A DNA stretch of 64,000 bases, taken from NCBI GenBank assembly GCA_002269645.1, contig NIVC01000479.1, forward strand, positions 1 to 64,000, given 5' to 3'. Every line of letters starts with the position of its first letter. The first letter of the stretch is position 1. This document shows, one piece after another, positions 11,905 through 24,272 of the stretch. The notes beneath the pieces were generated by a model. That model saw only the letters and a program-made list of their open reading frames with translations. It searched no databases and had not been told where the DNA came from. The DNA is from Macrostomum lignano. Lineage: Eukaryota. The position numbers were made by a program, and so were the translations under genes.

Positions 11905-12450
11905 TGGCGCCATTTTATTTGAGGTGTGTTGTGGCGCCATTTCATTTGAGGTGTGGCGCCATTTCATTTGAGGTGTGGCGCTATTTAACTTATAAATGTG
12001 TGGTGTGGCGCCATTTCATTTGAGGTGTGGTGTGGCGCCATTTCATTTGAGATGTGTTGTGGCGCCATTTCATTTGAGGTGTGGTGTGGCGCCATTTCAT
12101 TTGATGTGTGTTGTGGCGCCATTTTATTTGAGGTGTGGCGCCATTTAACTTGAGGTGTGGTGTGGCGCCATTTCATTTGATGTGTGTTGTGGCGCTATTT
12201 CATTTGAGGTGTGGTGTGGCGCCATTTCATTTGAGATGTGTTGTGGCGCCTTTTGATTTGAGGTGTGTTGTGGCGCCATTTCATTTGAGATGTGTTGTGG
12301 CGCCATTTCATTTGAGGTGTGTTGTGGCGCCATTTCATTTAAGGTGTGGTTTGGCGCCATTTCATTTGGGGTGTGTTGTGGCGCTATTTTATTTGAGGTG
12401 TGTTGTGGCGCCATTTCATTTGGGGTGTGTTGTGGCGCCATTTCATTTGA
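11905..12450. repeat. 27-bp minisatellite (GTGGCGCCATTTCATTTGAGGTGTGTT), ANKEF1 intron 1
   Basis: Unit read directly. Confidence 0.95.
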
Positions 12451-12541
12451 GCGAGGGAAAGTGATTTGATTTAAAGTGAAATTAAAAAATGTTTGCCCAT
12501 ATAAATTTTCTAGATTTAAAAAATGATATTTGCTCCCGCAG

Positions 12542-12695
12542 TTCCTCACCAAGTCGATGGGTGCCCTGCCGGATTTCGGCGACCTCGCCGGGGTGACGCC
12601 GGCCATGCGGGCGGCCGAGCGAGGCCTGGACGGCGCGCTGGCCGCTCTAATTGAGGCGGGCGCAAACATGCGCGCCAGCGACAACGAAGGGAAAA
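12542..12695 (+). CDS. ANKEF1: ANKEF1 exon 2
   Basis: FLTKSMGALPDFGDLAGVTPAMRAAERG..GANMRASDNEGK ankyrin repeat; CAG| and |GTGAGT. Confidence 0.88.
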
Positions 12696-12759
12696 GTGAG
12701 TGAGACAGAGAGAGATCGAGAAACATGCTATAGTATACGAATAGCACTCTTGCTTGCTG

Positions 12760-13430
12760 CCTCCCCTATCTCCCCTGTCTCTCCTCCTCCATTCTCTTCC
12801 CCTGCCTCCTCCCCTCTACTTCACTCTCCGGTCTCTCAGCTCTCTCCCTCTCCTTATCTCCCCTTCTCCTCCCTTCTCCCTCTCCTTATCTCCCCTTCTC
12901 CTCCCTTCTCCCTCTCCTTATCTCCCCTTCTCCTCCCTTCTCCCTCTCCTTATCTCCCCTTCTCCTCCCTTCTCCCTCTCCTTATCTCCCCTTCTCCTCC
13001 CTTCTTCCTCTCCTTCTCTCCCCTTCTCCTCCCTTCTCCCTCTCCTTCTCTCCTCTTCTCCTCCCTTCTCCCTCTCCTTCTCTCCTCTTCTCCTCCCTTC
13101 TCCCTCTCCTTCTCTCCTCTTCTCCTCCCTTCTCCCTCTCCTTCTCTCCTCTTCTCCTTCCTTCTCCCTCTCCTTCTCTCCCCTTCTCCTCCCTTCTCCC
13201 TCTCCTTCTCTCCCCTACTCCAGGGTCTCCCTCTCCTTCTCTCCCCTACTCCAGGGTCTCCCTCTCCTTCTCTCCTCTTCTCTCTTCTCCCTCCCCTTCT
13301 CTCCCCTTTTCCTCCCTTCCCTCCTTCTCTCCCTCTCTTTCCCTCTCCACTCCCTCCCTTCTCCCTCTCCTCGTTTCTCTTCACGTCTCTCCTCTCCCAT
13401 TCTCCGACTCCCTCCCTCTACCCCTCTGTC
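12760..13430. repeat. Pure-pyrimidine tract with a 32-bp core unit, ANKEF1 intron 2
   Basis: CTCCTTATCTCCCCTTCTCCTCCCTTCTCCCT repeats. Confidence 0.9.
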
Positions 13431-14039
13431 CCAGTTTATCATCCTGGCAAAGTTATTTACAATCCTAAATATTGTCATGCACAAATTTTATGGGGAAATT
13501 TTTAACTGCCTTTGTAAATTAAATGTGTTCAGCGCTTTTGGGATTTGAAGTGCGTCGCAATCTCCCAGTTTCTCTCCTTCATCTGTCGCCGCTCCTTTGA
13601 GCAGTGCTCACTGATGAGGAACAAAACCTCAACGAGACGATCATCCCTAACCCCCCTTTTTCAGCCGTAGCTTCGGAAGCTGGTGCCAAACAAGTAAAAA
13701 AATCAGCATCATTTCTAACCCTCCCAGTTTATGATAAACAATCAGTTCTCTGATTTTAATAAATGTTTAATAATAATAAAAACCATGCGATTTTAAATAA
13801 TCACGAACTTATACTACTACTGTCACTATTATCACCATCAATTTTCCGGTGAAAATTCGGCATCTGTAATGATTATTATATTCTCACATCCCACATGGTA
13901 TTTGAACTGCAAAATTTATGAACGCTTCAGGAAAATTCAGTTTTTAAAGAACACACTGTACTTCAATTAGAGGGGGCCAAATACCTATAAGAGGCGCCAA
14001 TATCTCTTGGTCGGCGCCCTCTGTATCTTGTTGAGCGCC

Positions 14040-14848
14040 ACTGTCTCTTGGTGGGTGCCCCTGTCTCTTGGTGGGCGCACCCTGTCTCTTGATGGGCGCC
14101 CCTGTCTCTTGGTGGGCGCCCCTGTCTCTTGGTGGGCGCACCCTGTCTCTTGGTGGGCGCCCCCTGTCTCTTGATGAGCGCACCCTGTCTCTTGGTGGGC
14201 GCACCCTGTCTCTTGATGAGCGCACCCTGTCTCTTTGTGGGCGCCCCTGTCCCTTTGTGGGCGCACCCTGTCTCTTTGTGGGCGCACCCTGTCCCTTTGT
14301 GGGCGCACCCTGTCTCTTTGTGGGCGCACCCTGTCTCTTTGTGGGCGCACCCTGTCTCTTTGTGGGCGCACCCTGTCTCTTGTTGGGCGCCCCCTGTCTC
14401 TTGGTGGGCGCACCCTGTCTCTTGGTGGGCGCCCCCTGTCTCTTGGTGGGCGCCCCTGTCTCTTGGTGGGCGCACCCTGTCTCTTGGTGGGCGCACCCTG
14501 TCTCTTGGTGGGCGCACCCTGTCTCTTGATGGGCGCCCCCTGTCTCTTGATGGGCGCCCCTGTCTCTTGGTGGGCGCACCCTGTCTCTTGGTGGGCGCCC
14601 CCTGTCTCTTGATGGGCGCCCCCTGTCTCTTGATGGGCGCCCCTGTCTCTTGATGGGCGCCCCCTGTCTCTTGATGGGCGCCCCTGTCTCTTGGTGGGCG
14701 CCCCCTGTCTCTTGGTGGGCGCACCCTGTCTCTTGGTGGGCGCCCCCTGTCTCTTGGTGGGCGCCCCCTGTCTCTTGATGGGCGCCCCTGTCTCTTGATG
14801 GGCGCCCCTGTCTCTTGGTGGGCGCACCCTGTCTCTTGGTGGGCGCCT
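14040..14848. repeat. 20/21-bp minisatellite (CCTGTCTCTTGGTGGGCGCAC), ANKEF1 intron 2
   Basis: Unit read directly. Confidence 0.95.
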
Positions 14849-14947
14849 AAGCATAATTGAGCTTTCAAATACAAATAATAAATTGTTCATTACAAGCGAA
14901 TGCAATGGCCCCGATGCAACCGTGACTTCTCTTACATAACGCGTCAG

Positions 14948-15144
14948 GCATTTTGTTTTACTGCTTGGAGCCAAGCGAAGAGCACGCCAAGTGCCTGGCC
15001 CTGGCACTCGAGAACGACGCAGACGTCAACTGGCCAGCTAAGGACGGTCGAACGGCCTTCTTTGCCGCCTGCGAGGTGGCCGCCGACAATCCGGAGGCGT
15101 GCAAGCGACTACTGGAGGCTGGAGCGATGGCGGAGGTGGCTCAG
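14948..15144 (+). CDS. ANKEF1: ANKEF1 exon 3
   Basis: ILFYCLEPSEEHAKCLALALENDADVN..GRTAFFAACE parallels GVLFYCILPTKRHYRC; splice phases consistent. Confidence 0.88.
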
Positions 15145-15189
15145 GTCTGGCCTCAGGGGCTGGGATGCGTCTTTTGGTTCAGGATCGCT

Positions 15190-15760
15190 AGGCATGATAC
15201 CACAGGGTGTGGGATCATAGAGTGTTGGGATCATAGTGTGTTGGGATCATAATCGTGTGGGATAATAGGGTGTGGGATCATAGGGTGTGGGGTCATATGG
15301 TGTGGGATCATAGGTCGTGGGATCATCAGTTGTAGGTTCATAGGGTGTGAGATCAAAGGGTTGGATCAAAGGGTGCGAAATCATCAGGCTTGGGATCATC
15401 AGTTGTGGGATCATTAGGTGTGGGATCATAGGGTGTGGGGTCATATGGTGTGGGATCATAGGGTGTGGGATCATAGGGTGTGGGATCATCAGGTGTGGGT
15501 TCATAGGGTGTGAGATCAAAGGGTTGGGATCATAGGGTGTGGGATCATAGGGTGCAAAATCATCAGGCTTGGGATCATCAGGTGTGGGATAATCAGGTGT
15601 GGGATCATCAGGCTTGGGATCATCAGGTTTGGAATTATCAGGTTTGGGATCATCAGGTGTGGGATCATTAGGTGTGGGATCATCAGGTGTGGGATCATCA
15701 GGTGTGGGATAATCAGGTGTGGGATAATCAGGTGTGGGATAATCAGGTGTGGGATCATCA
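15190..15760. repeat. 15-bp minisatellite (GTGTGGGATCATAGG / GTGTGGGATCATCAG), ANKEF1 intron 3
   Basis: Unit read directly. Confidence 0.92.
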
Positions 15761-15815
15761 TGTGTATGATAGCTATAGAATACCCGATTCCCCACTTCAA
15801 AAAACACCCAAACAG

Positions 15816-16159
15816 GTGGGCACCCGTCGCACCGCCCTGATGGCGGCGTGCGCCAGCGGCTCAGACGAGGTAGTGCTGGCGGCGCTGCTCCGAGGCGCTG
15901 ACCCGAACAGCGCGGACCGGCAGGGCGGAACCCGGCGCACCACGCGGCCAGAGCCGGCCATCTCGGCTGCCTGTTTCGACTGTCCGCTTTCGGCGCCGAT
16001 TTTGATCGACTCGACGCCAAGCAGAACGGCGCCATTCATCTGGCGACGGCGGCCGGGCACGCCGGCTGCGTGAAATTCCTCGGCCAGAGAGGCACCAGCG
16101 CTGCCAAGGTCAAGAATGCCGACGGGAAAACCTTAAGACTGCTGGCTAAGGAGGCCAAG
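15816..16159 (+). CDS. ANKEF1: ANKEF1 exon 4 (1-nt frameshift near 15920)
   Basis: TRRTALMAAC..GADPNSADRQGG/PAHHAARAGHLGCL..AIHLATAAGHAGCVKFLGQRG; 344 nt, one short of phase closure, at a C-run. Confidence 0.85.
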
Positions 16160-16204
16160 GTGAGGCATTGCTCGAGAATGCGGCGTTTGAAAACTCTGTA
16201 CTTA

Positions 16205-17335
16205 AAGACAGCCCTTAGAGACACCACAGCCCTTAGAGACACCACAGCCCTTGGAGACACCACAGCCCCTAGAGACACAGACACTTGAAGCCACAGCCCT
16301 TGAAGACACAGACACTTGAAGACACAGCCCTTAGAGACACCACAGCCCTTAGAGACACCACAGCCCTTAGAGACACCACAGCCCTTAGAGACACCACAGC
16401 CCTTAGAGACACCACAGCCCTTAGAGACACAACAGCCCTTAGAGACACAACAGCCCTTAGAGACACCACAGCCCTTAGAGACACCACAGCCCTTAGAGAC
16501 ACCACAGCCCTTAGAGACACCACAGCCCTTAGAGACACAACAGCCCTTAGAGACACCACAGCCCTTAGAGACACCACAGCCCTTAGAGACACAGACACTT
16601 GAAGCCACAGCCCTTGAAGACACATACACATGAAGCCACAGCCCTTGAAGCCACAGCCCTTGAAGACACAGACACATGAAGCCACAGCCCTTGAAGACAC
16701 AGACACATGAAGCCACAGCCCTTGAAGATACAGACACTTGAAGCCACAGTCCTTGAAGACACAGACACTTGAAGCCACAGCCCTTGAAGACACAGACACT
16801 TGAAGCCACAGTCCTTGAAGACACAGACACTTGAAGCCACAGCCCTTGAAGACACAGACACTTGAAGCCACAGCCCTTGAAGACACAGACACTTGAAGCC
16901 ACAGTCCTTGAAGATACAGACACTTGAAGCCACAGCCGTTGAAGATACAGACACTTGAAGCCACAGTCCTTGAAGACACAGACACTTGAAGCCACAGCCC
17001 TTGAAGACACAGACACATGAAGCCACAGTCCTTGAAGACACAGACACTTGAAGCCACAGCCCTTGAAGACACAGACACTTGAAGCCACAGCCCTTGAAGA
17101 CACAGACACATGAAGCCACAGTCCTTGAAGACACAGACACTTGAAGCCACAGCCCTTGAAGACACAGACACTTGAAGCCACAGCCCTTGAAGACACAGAC
17201 ACTTGAAGCCACAGCCCTTGAAGACACAGACACATGAAGCCACAGTCCTTGAAGACACAGACACTAGAAGCCACAGCCCTTGAAGACACAGACACTTGAA
17301 GCCACAGTCCTTGAAGACACAGCCCTTCGAGATAT
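16205..17335. repeat. Compound minisatellite: 18-bp (CCACAGCCCTTAGAGACA) grading into a related 31-bp unit (CACAGACACTTGAAGCCACAGCCCTTGAAGA), ANKEF1 intron 4
   Basis: Units read directly; switch near 16590. Confidence 0.95.
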
Positions 17336-17500
17336 AGTCCTTAGAGACAGCTCAACACACACCTTGAAGGCAAACTTCAAGACGAATAATCTCAACACAA
17401 AGCATAGTGCGCTCACTTCACTCTCTCACAGCAATAAGCAGCCAAAAGCACTCTTACAGGTGCACAGCCAAACTCGATCACCCACCCCACGTCCACGAAG

Positions 17501-17944
17501 GTCTCCAAAGCGTGCACGAAGGAAGTTCGCCGTGCCGAACGGATGAGCGGCAAACCGCGCGCTAAAAACAACGAGCTGTGGGCTCTGACCCTCTACGACT
17601 GGACTCTGGCGCGAGGCGAGGAGCTGAAAACTCGCTTACTAACCGAGTTCGATCCGGAGTCTACTGGGCAGGTGGCTCGCGAAGATTTTGTCCAAGTGCT
17701 TGGCATCATGGGCGCTCCTTGGACTCCGGATTGCGACAAAAAACTCGGACCGCTGTACGACAAAACCAAGAACAGCTCGTTCGATTACAAAGACTTCCTG
17801 TTGGGCAAAAAGTACATTGGCAAGCTCTACTTGGCCGCGGCTTTCGAGCCGAAAAAGAAGCGAGCCAAGAAAGGCAAAGGCGGCGGTCGGCGAAAGAAGA
17901 AAGCGAAGTATCCGTTCGAGATCTGCGTACTTCCGGACGAGCAG
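17501..17944 (+). CDS. ANKEF1: ANKEF1 exon 5 (EF-hand region); an alternative in-frame acceptor at 17468 is possible
   Basis: KEVRRAER..LWALTLYDW..FDPESTGQVAREDF EF-hand-like loop..PFEICVLP; donor |GTGAGT. Confidence 0.85.
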
Positions 17945-18024
17945 GTGAGTTGAGCGAAGCTTGGCGCCGTTTATGGACAATGCATTTAGTGACCTTGGAT
18001 AATCTAGCGAAGCTAGAGAGGCGC

Positions 18025-18195
18025 CGAAATCAAAGCTAGTAGAGAGGCGCCAAAATCAATGCTAGACAGGCGCCAAAATCAAAGCTAGACAGACGCTAAA
18101 ACCAAAGCTAGACAGGCGCTAAAGTCAAAGCTAGACAGGCGCCAAAATCAAAGCTAGACAGACGCCAAAATCAAAGCTGTACAGGGGCCAAAATT
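18025..18195. repeat. 23-bp tandem repeat (AGCTAGACAGGCGCCAAAATCAA), ANKEF1 intron 5
   Basis: About 7 copies. Confidence 0.9.
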
Positions 18196-18248
18196 CAAGT
18201 AAAAAGCAAGTCAAAGTCGATCTTTGTATCAACTTTACTACACATCAG

Positions 18249-18634
18249 GTGATGAGACCCGCGTACGGCGCCCCACCAGTGATGTACGTGCCCCGTGCGG
18301 TCAGCCTGACGGACACCCAGCAGCATCAGCAGCGCTTTGAAGAGCAGCAACTGCAGCGAATGCCGGAGCTCTACCAGCTGGAGAAGCAGGCTGAGCTGTC
18401 CAGACCGCAGGCGAGCAGAAAACTGCAAGACGACTCTGTCTGGTATTCAACTCGATTAGCCAAAAGTTTCGTCAATTTAAACGACTGCGCCAAACATGGC
18501 GATGTGGAATCGATACGGCTGGCCTTGCGCAAAGGCTACGGCACGGAGGTGGCTGACAAGTTGAGCAAGACGCCCCTGATGGTGGCTGCTCACTATGGGA
18601 ATATTGATGTGGCCAAGTTTCTGCTGGAGGCTGG
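18249..18634 (+). CDS. ANKEF1: ANKEF1 exon 6
   Basis: LQDDSVWY motif and KTPLMVAAHYGNIDVAKFLLEAG ankyrin repeat; CAG| and |GTGAGT. Confidence 0.9.
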
Positions 18635-18684
18635 GTGAGTTCTTTGTTGCAATCCTTGTCTAGGGATCTTTTAGGAATGATTCT

Positions 18685-19250
18685 CTAGAGTCTATGGATT
18701 GATCCTCTAGAGTCTATAGATTGATCCTCTAGAGTCTATGGATTGATCCTCTAGAGTCTATAGATTGATCCTCTAGGGTCTATGGATTGATCCTCTAGAG
18801 TCTATAGATTGATCCTCTAGAGTCTATAGATTGATCCTCTAGAGTCTATGGATTGATCCTCTAGAGTCTATAGATTGATCCTCTAGAGTCTATGGATTGA
18901 TCCTCTAGAGTCTATAGATTGATCCTCTAGAGTCTATAGATTGATCCTCTAGAGTCTATGGATTGATCCTCTAGAGTCTATAGATTGATCCTCTAGAGTC
19001 TATAGATTGATCCTCTAGAGTCTATAGATTGATCCTCTAGGGTCTATAGGTTGATCTACTAGAGTCTATAGATTGGTCCACTAGAGTCTATAGATTGATC
19101 CTCTCGAATATATAAACTGATCCTCTTAGAGTCTATAGATTGATCCTCTAGAGTCTATAGATTGATCCTCTAGAGTCTATAGATTGATCCTCTAGAGTCT
19201 ATAGGTTGATCTACTAGAGTCTATAGATTGATCCTCTTAGAGTCTACTAA
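18685..19250. repeat. 22-bp minisatellite (CTAGAGTCTATAGATTGATCCT), ANKEF1 intron 6
   Basis: Unit read directly. Confidence 0.95.
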
Positions 19251-19428
19251 AATGATCCTTTATTAGAATCTATACATTGAGCCTAGAGTTTATAGTATAG
19301 TGAATTCTAAAGCTAAGATAATTCAATAAAACAATCCTGGCTACGCCCTTGACAAGACAGAAATCCCTTGTGGAACTTCTGCATCCCATCTTACCTTCCT
19401 TCAAGCCACCTCATAAATACCCCAACAG

Positions 19429-19655
19429 AGCAGACGTCGCCGCCCGCGACAACTTCAAATGGACGCCGCTACACCACGCCTGCCACGCCGGCCACCTGGA
19501 GATGGCGGAGTTGCTGCTGAAGAGCGGCGCCCCAACCGAGGCTGTGGCGTTGAACGGCTCCACACCGCTGCTGAGAGCGATTGAAACTGCTAATCTGCAG
19601 CTGGTCGACCTGCTGCTGAAGTACGGAGCCAAGGCTTCGGTTGAGAATAAGATGG
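19429..19655 (+). CDS. ANKEF1: ANKEF1 exon 7
   Basis: ADVAARDNFKWTPLHHACHAG..NGSTPLLRAIE..ENKMG, parallel to DNFLWTPLHFACHAG. Confidence 0.9.
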
Positions 19656-19734
19656 GTGAGTTTTTTGTGTCAGAATTTAGAGGCGTCAGAAGCGTTAGTT
19701 GCGTCAGAAACTTTTAAGTTTTATCCTAAGAATC

Positions 19735-20380
19735 CAAGTTGTGTCAGAAGCTTTCAAGTTGTGTCCGAGGCTTCAAGTTGTGTCAGAAGCTTTAAAGTTG
19801 TGTCAGAAGCTTTAAAGTTGTGTCAGAAGCTTTTAAGTTGTGTCAGAAGCTTTCAAGTTGTATCAGAAGCTTCCAAGTTGTTTCAGCAGCATCCAAGTTG
19901 TGTCAGAAGCTTCCAAGTTGTGTCAGAAGCTTTCAAGTTGTGTCAGAAACTTTTAAGTTGTGTCAGAAACTTTTAAGTTGTGTCAGAAACTTTTAAGTTG
20001 TATCATAAAAATCCAAGTTGAGTCAGAAGCTTGGAGGTTGTGTCAGAAGCTTCCAATCTGTGTCAGAAGCTGTCAAGTTGTGTCAGAAGCTGTCAAGTTG
20101 TGTCAGAAGCTGTCAAGTTGTGTCAGAAGCTTCCAATTTGTGTCAGAAGCTGTCAAGTTGTGTCAGAAGCTGTCAAGTTGTGTCAGAAGCTGTCAAGTTG
20201 TGTCAGAAGCTTCCAATTTGTGTCAGAAGCTTGGAGGTTGTGTCAGAAGCTTCCAATTTGTGTCAGAAGCTTGGAGGTTGTGTCAGAAGCTTCCAATTTG
20301 TGTCAGAAGCTTCAAGTTGTTCAAAGGCTTTCAAGTTGTGTCAGAAGCTTTCAAGTTATGCCCGAGGCTTCCAAGTTGCG
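19735..20380. repeat. 20-bp minisatellite (GTTGTGTCAGAAGCTTTCAA), ANKEF1 intron 7
   Basis: Unit read directly. Confidence 0.95.
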
Positions 20381-20488
20381 TCACATACATCGAATTGTAT
20401 AATTTGGCGTTGACGGAGATTCAGATAAAGAGAAATTAGTTTTATAATACTTTGATCCCAATTTTCTTCGTTATGCATTTTTTCACAG

Positions 20489-20619
20489 GCCAAATGATTC
20501 ACGAAGTGGCTCAGAACTGGGGCGCTCCGAAGGTCGCGGATTTCATCAAGACCAAATTTCCCAAGATGACCGCCATCGATCCGAAAAAGAGGAAAACTGG
20601 AGGCGGAGCGAAAAGAAAG
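20489..20619 (+). CDS. ANKEF1: ANKEF1 exon 8 (downstream exons not identified)
   Basis: GQMIHEVAQNWGAPKVADFIKTKF; phase 1 acceptor TCACAG| matches exon 7; donor |GTGAGA. Confidence 0.75.
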
Positions 20620-20901
20620 GTGAGAATTCGATTTGATTGGTTGAAGGAGTGGTGCGAGTGAAGACGATTTCTTAGAAAAATTTAGTTATTAGTTGCTATG
20701 GCTTCTCAGTGGGGAATAGAACTAGTAAATTTTGAGCTGAAAACCAAATGATTAATTATGATTGTCAAAAAACATTTCAGCGCTAAAGTCGGCTTTAACT
20801 TCGAGAGGCAGTCGGCAAAAATAACCGGTAAGAAAATGTCTGTTTCTGTTAGAAAAACAGCTCATGGTAGACTTTTAGCTGGCTTGAATTTTTGCACCTC
20901 T

Positions 20902-21200
<299 letters not shown>

Positions 21201-21946
21201 CTATCATCTGTTTACGGTATCCATCTAATTACCTGTATTAAAAACTCATTGGAAATTTTAACCAAGCTACATATACTACTAGTTAGGGACATTTTAAAGC
21301 ACATTTTTATCTAGAAAAACTGCATTCCACAATGCCTAAAGGTCTAAAAAAATTACAGCTAGCCTAATCGCATTTCGAATTTCAGCCCCCGCCGCAAGAG
21401 CATCATGCCTTAATGTGCTAATTGAATTGTACAATTGTATATGATCATTGATACCTGATAACTGATATTATTTTTAAAGTAATTGATAACTGATAACTGA
21501 TATTATTTTTAAAGTAAATATTCCGCAAATCTTTTTTGAAACGTAAATAAGTGTACTTTTCAAAAAAATTACGCATAGCTCGTATAGTATAAACCTTAAC
21601 TGATTATTTATAACAAAAAACTACAATGAGCATTTACCGACTACTGTGTTTCAAATGTAGAATAGAACTAATTGTTGTTCTCAACTGTATGCGGAAAACA
21701 AACTGAATTGATTGAGTACGTATTCTTTTTCAACTCGAATTCCGTTGCTTTAAACAAAACGAACTCTAAAATAAATGAAATTACTTTTTTGTTAAAATAA
21801 ATGAAATTATTTTTTGTTAAAATAAATGAAATTACTTCTTTATTAAAATCTAGCAAGTATTAACATTTTTTTGTTGACTTGATTTAATTTATAATCACGG
21901 GCTACTCATGACGCATAAATTAAGTAGTACAATAGCTAAATCAATA

Positions 21947-22140
21947 AAGTGCGTGTTGACGAAATCATCAATCGTCTATGGCCCAAGTGCGTGTTGACGA
22001 AATCATCAATCGTCTATGGCCCAAGTGCGTGTTGACGAAATCATCAATCGTCTATGGCCCAAGTGCGTGTTGACGAAATCATCAATCGTCTGTGGCCCAA
22101 GTGCGTGTTGACGAAATCATCAATCGTCTATGGCACAAGT
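21947..22140. repeat. 38-bp tandem repeat x5 (AAGTGCGTGTTGACGAAATCATCAATCGTCTATGGCCC)
   Basis: Copies at 21947, 21985, 22023, 22061, 22099. Confidence 0.95.
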
Positions 22141-23424
22141 CTGGCGACAAAAACCAGTTTTGAAACTCTAGATATACACGGCTGGCGCGAAGGTGGAAAC
22201 TTTTCAATGTTGCTGAGTGTGGTTTTAAAGTTGTAATAGATTTATTTATACTTTTTAGCAAATTTTCACCATAGACAAAAGAACATCAAATGATTTTAAA
22301 TATACGAGGAGTACCGTACATTTCTGAAACTGCATTATTCAAGGACTACAGATTAAAGTATTTGTTCATCAAGTCACTTTGCTGCGTCAAATGACTGACA
22401 CATATTTATGGTGGCCCAGACCACTACATGTACGTCCTTCAGGATGACGAAGAGGTCAGTTAAAAGAGTGGCTGCACGAGGTTACTTTCACAACGCGAAA
22501 TTTCTCTCAGCATCAGTGGCAGTAGCGGCGTAATATCGATCGTGACAACCTGTTTCAACGTGTCATACACCGGCGTCACCTGATTAATCTTGTCAGGGTG
22601 AAGTCGTGCATACTCTCACAATTAATTGCGCTTCCGTCGTCTCATGCTCGATAAGTATCTTCCGATGCCTCTCACGGCTCCTTCTTTCACAAGCCGAGAG
22701 TACTCGTAGTCACCGGTAGGACGAGGTACACCCGCGGGGCTGTCGGAAATAGGAGGCACTGATTGTCGGACACTGTGACGCCGAGATCCACTAGAGCAGG
22801 CTTTAGGAATTTGCAAATCCTAATAGTGATGAGGACGCATCTTTTTGCAATCTTAAAACCGCACATTTCGCTTCGATGCGCTTTTCCCCTACTGTCAGTA
22901 GGCTAGTTTAGGAATCTCTCTCCATTCTCTCATCCAGGCTAAGTTCTACAAAGTTCTACACTAATTTATGCCATCACGTACTATTAATTATGATAAATAC
23001 TTAATGTACTTCTCTTAGGATTCTAATTTTGGATTGTTTACGCATCTTTGAAGGTCAGACTGTCTGGGTTTGAGACGGATTGACCTCTAGCAGTCTAGAC
23101 GGGCGACACTAAGTCTGAGAGGAATGTTTTCAACCCCATTCTGACTCCCAGATTTGCGGCTTTTTCACTGTTTTCAGTGATTTATGGCGGTCTAGCTGTC
23201 ACTTTTGGCTCCAGCCTGTCTGGGTCAAAGAGGTCTTTCCAGCCTTCTCCCCACTCGCTCTGTTACTTTCTCTTTTAATTTATGGGTGTTTTGCTGTCAC
23301 TTTTGGCGCCAGGATGTCTAGACAAGTGACTTTTATTATGTTTTGCGCATGATTTATGACCGCACCTGTCATCTTCCCTGGGGTCTGAAGGCCACCTGGT
23401 GGGGTGGGTTTTGGGGTCTTGAGC

Positions 23425-23560
23425 TCAGCCAATCAGAGTCGACCTGACTGCCCCCGGCTCGACCAATCAGAAAATTCGGCGCCTATTTTAACAAAGCTCT
23501 CAGCCAATCAGAAAATTCGGCGCGCGTTATAACAAATCGGCTGCTTGAGCTATAAAAGGC
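23425..23560 (+). promoter_or_regulatory. Triple CCAAT box plus TATAAAAG promoter-like module with no assigned gene
   Basis: CCAATCAG at about 23429, 23463 and 23504; TATAAAAG at 23551. Confidence 0.5.
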
Positions 23561-24272
23561 GGCAACTCGACCCGCGCTCGAAAAGGCCTGCTTGGACCTC
23601 CCTTCTTGCACGGTCCTAACCCCGTCTGAGACGGCCCGGCCCTTCGGCATCTGCTGCGTCTTCGACGTCTGGTCCCCCTTCCCCGGCAGTTCCGGCTTCA
23701 GCAGCTAAGTTCCCCCTGAGAAGCATCATCGATATTTCCCGGCAGTATCTAAGAGCAGCAACGACAACCGGCAGGTGAAGAGTACCGGCGGCACTCGTCA
23801 GTTAAGATCAGCAGCAGCATCCCATCCGAGCGCTGCGACTACGTATCGCGCCAAAAGCGGTCTTTTGTCAACTTCATTTTTTGCGCGGAAAAAAATTGAA
23901 GAAACTAATATTGGAGAATCTTGGTCCTTGAGCTAATCAAATTTAAGGATGGATATGGTAGATAAAGCAGTTTTATTGAGGACTCGATTTTGTTTCTAAG
24001 TTTATTTTAGTGGCATTATAGTAGTTTCTCTTGCAATATTACATGTACAGGGTATCTTTTGAAATTAAGAACAGCAAATGAAGCCATTTGTCTACACTTG
24101 ATCCAAAAATAATTTCATAAGGATAAACACGTACTAGCTGTAGATCGTTAAATTTCAAGTTTTTTTCAAAACATTTTTAAAGAAACTTATTTTTTCTAAA
24201 GCAGTTATTATTGTTCCAGATTAGTCGCCATTAACATCCCATATCTATAAAAAGTAAAAGATCGACCCATCC

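Noticed and set aside
16036-17295. Long ORFs over minisatellites (also 5399-5819, 6810-7489, 12651-13548, 13944-15007, 29004-29645, 34437-35023, 56385-57408, 59998-60649)
   Set aside because: Periodic translations of stop-free tandem units, open in several frames and on both strands; not genes
21450-21845. Short local duplications (21450-21515, 27-bp x3 at 21770-21845; also 32 bp at 1671/1730)
   Set aside because: Ordinary slippage duplications with no further structure
21947-22140. CRISPR-like appearance of the 29-38-bp repeats
   Set aside because: Units are contiguous with no unique spacers, no cas genes, eukaryotic context
22622-22816. Small ORF ending GIGRYLSSMRRRKRN, superficially like a neuropeptide precursor
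   Set aside because: No signal peptide, no ATG start, no convincing splice structure or repeated peptide
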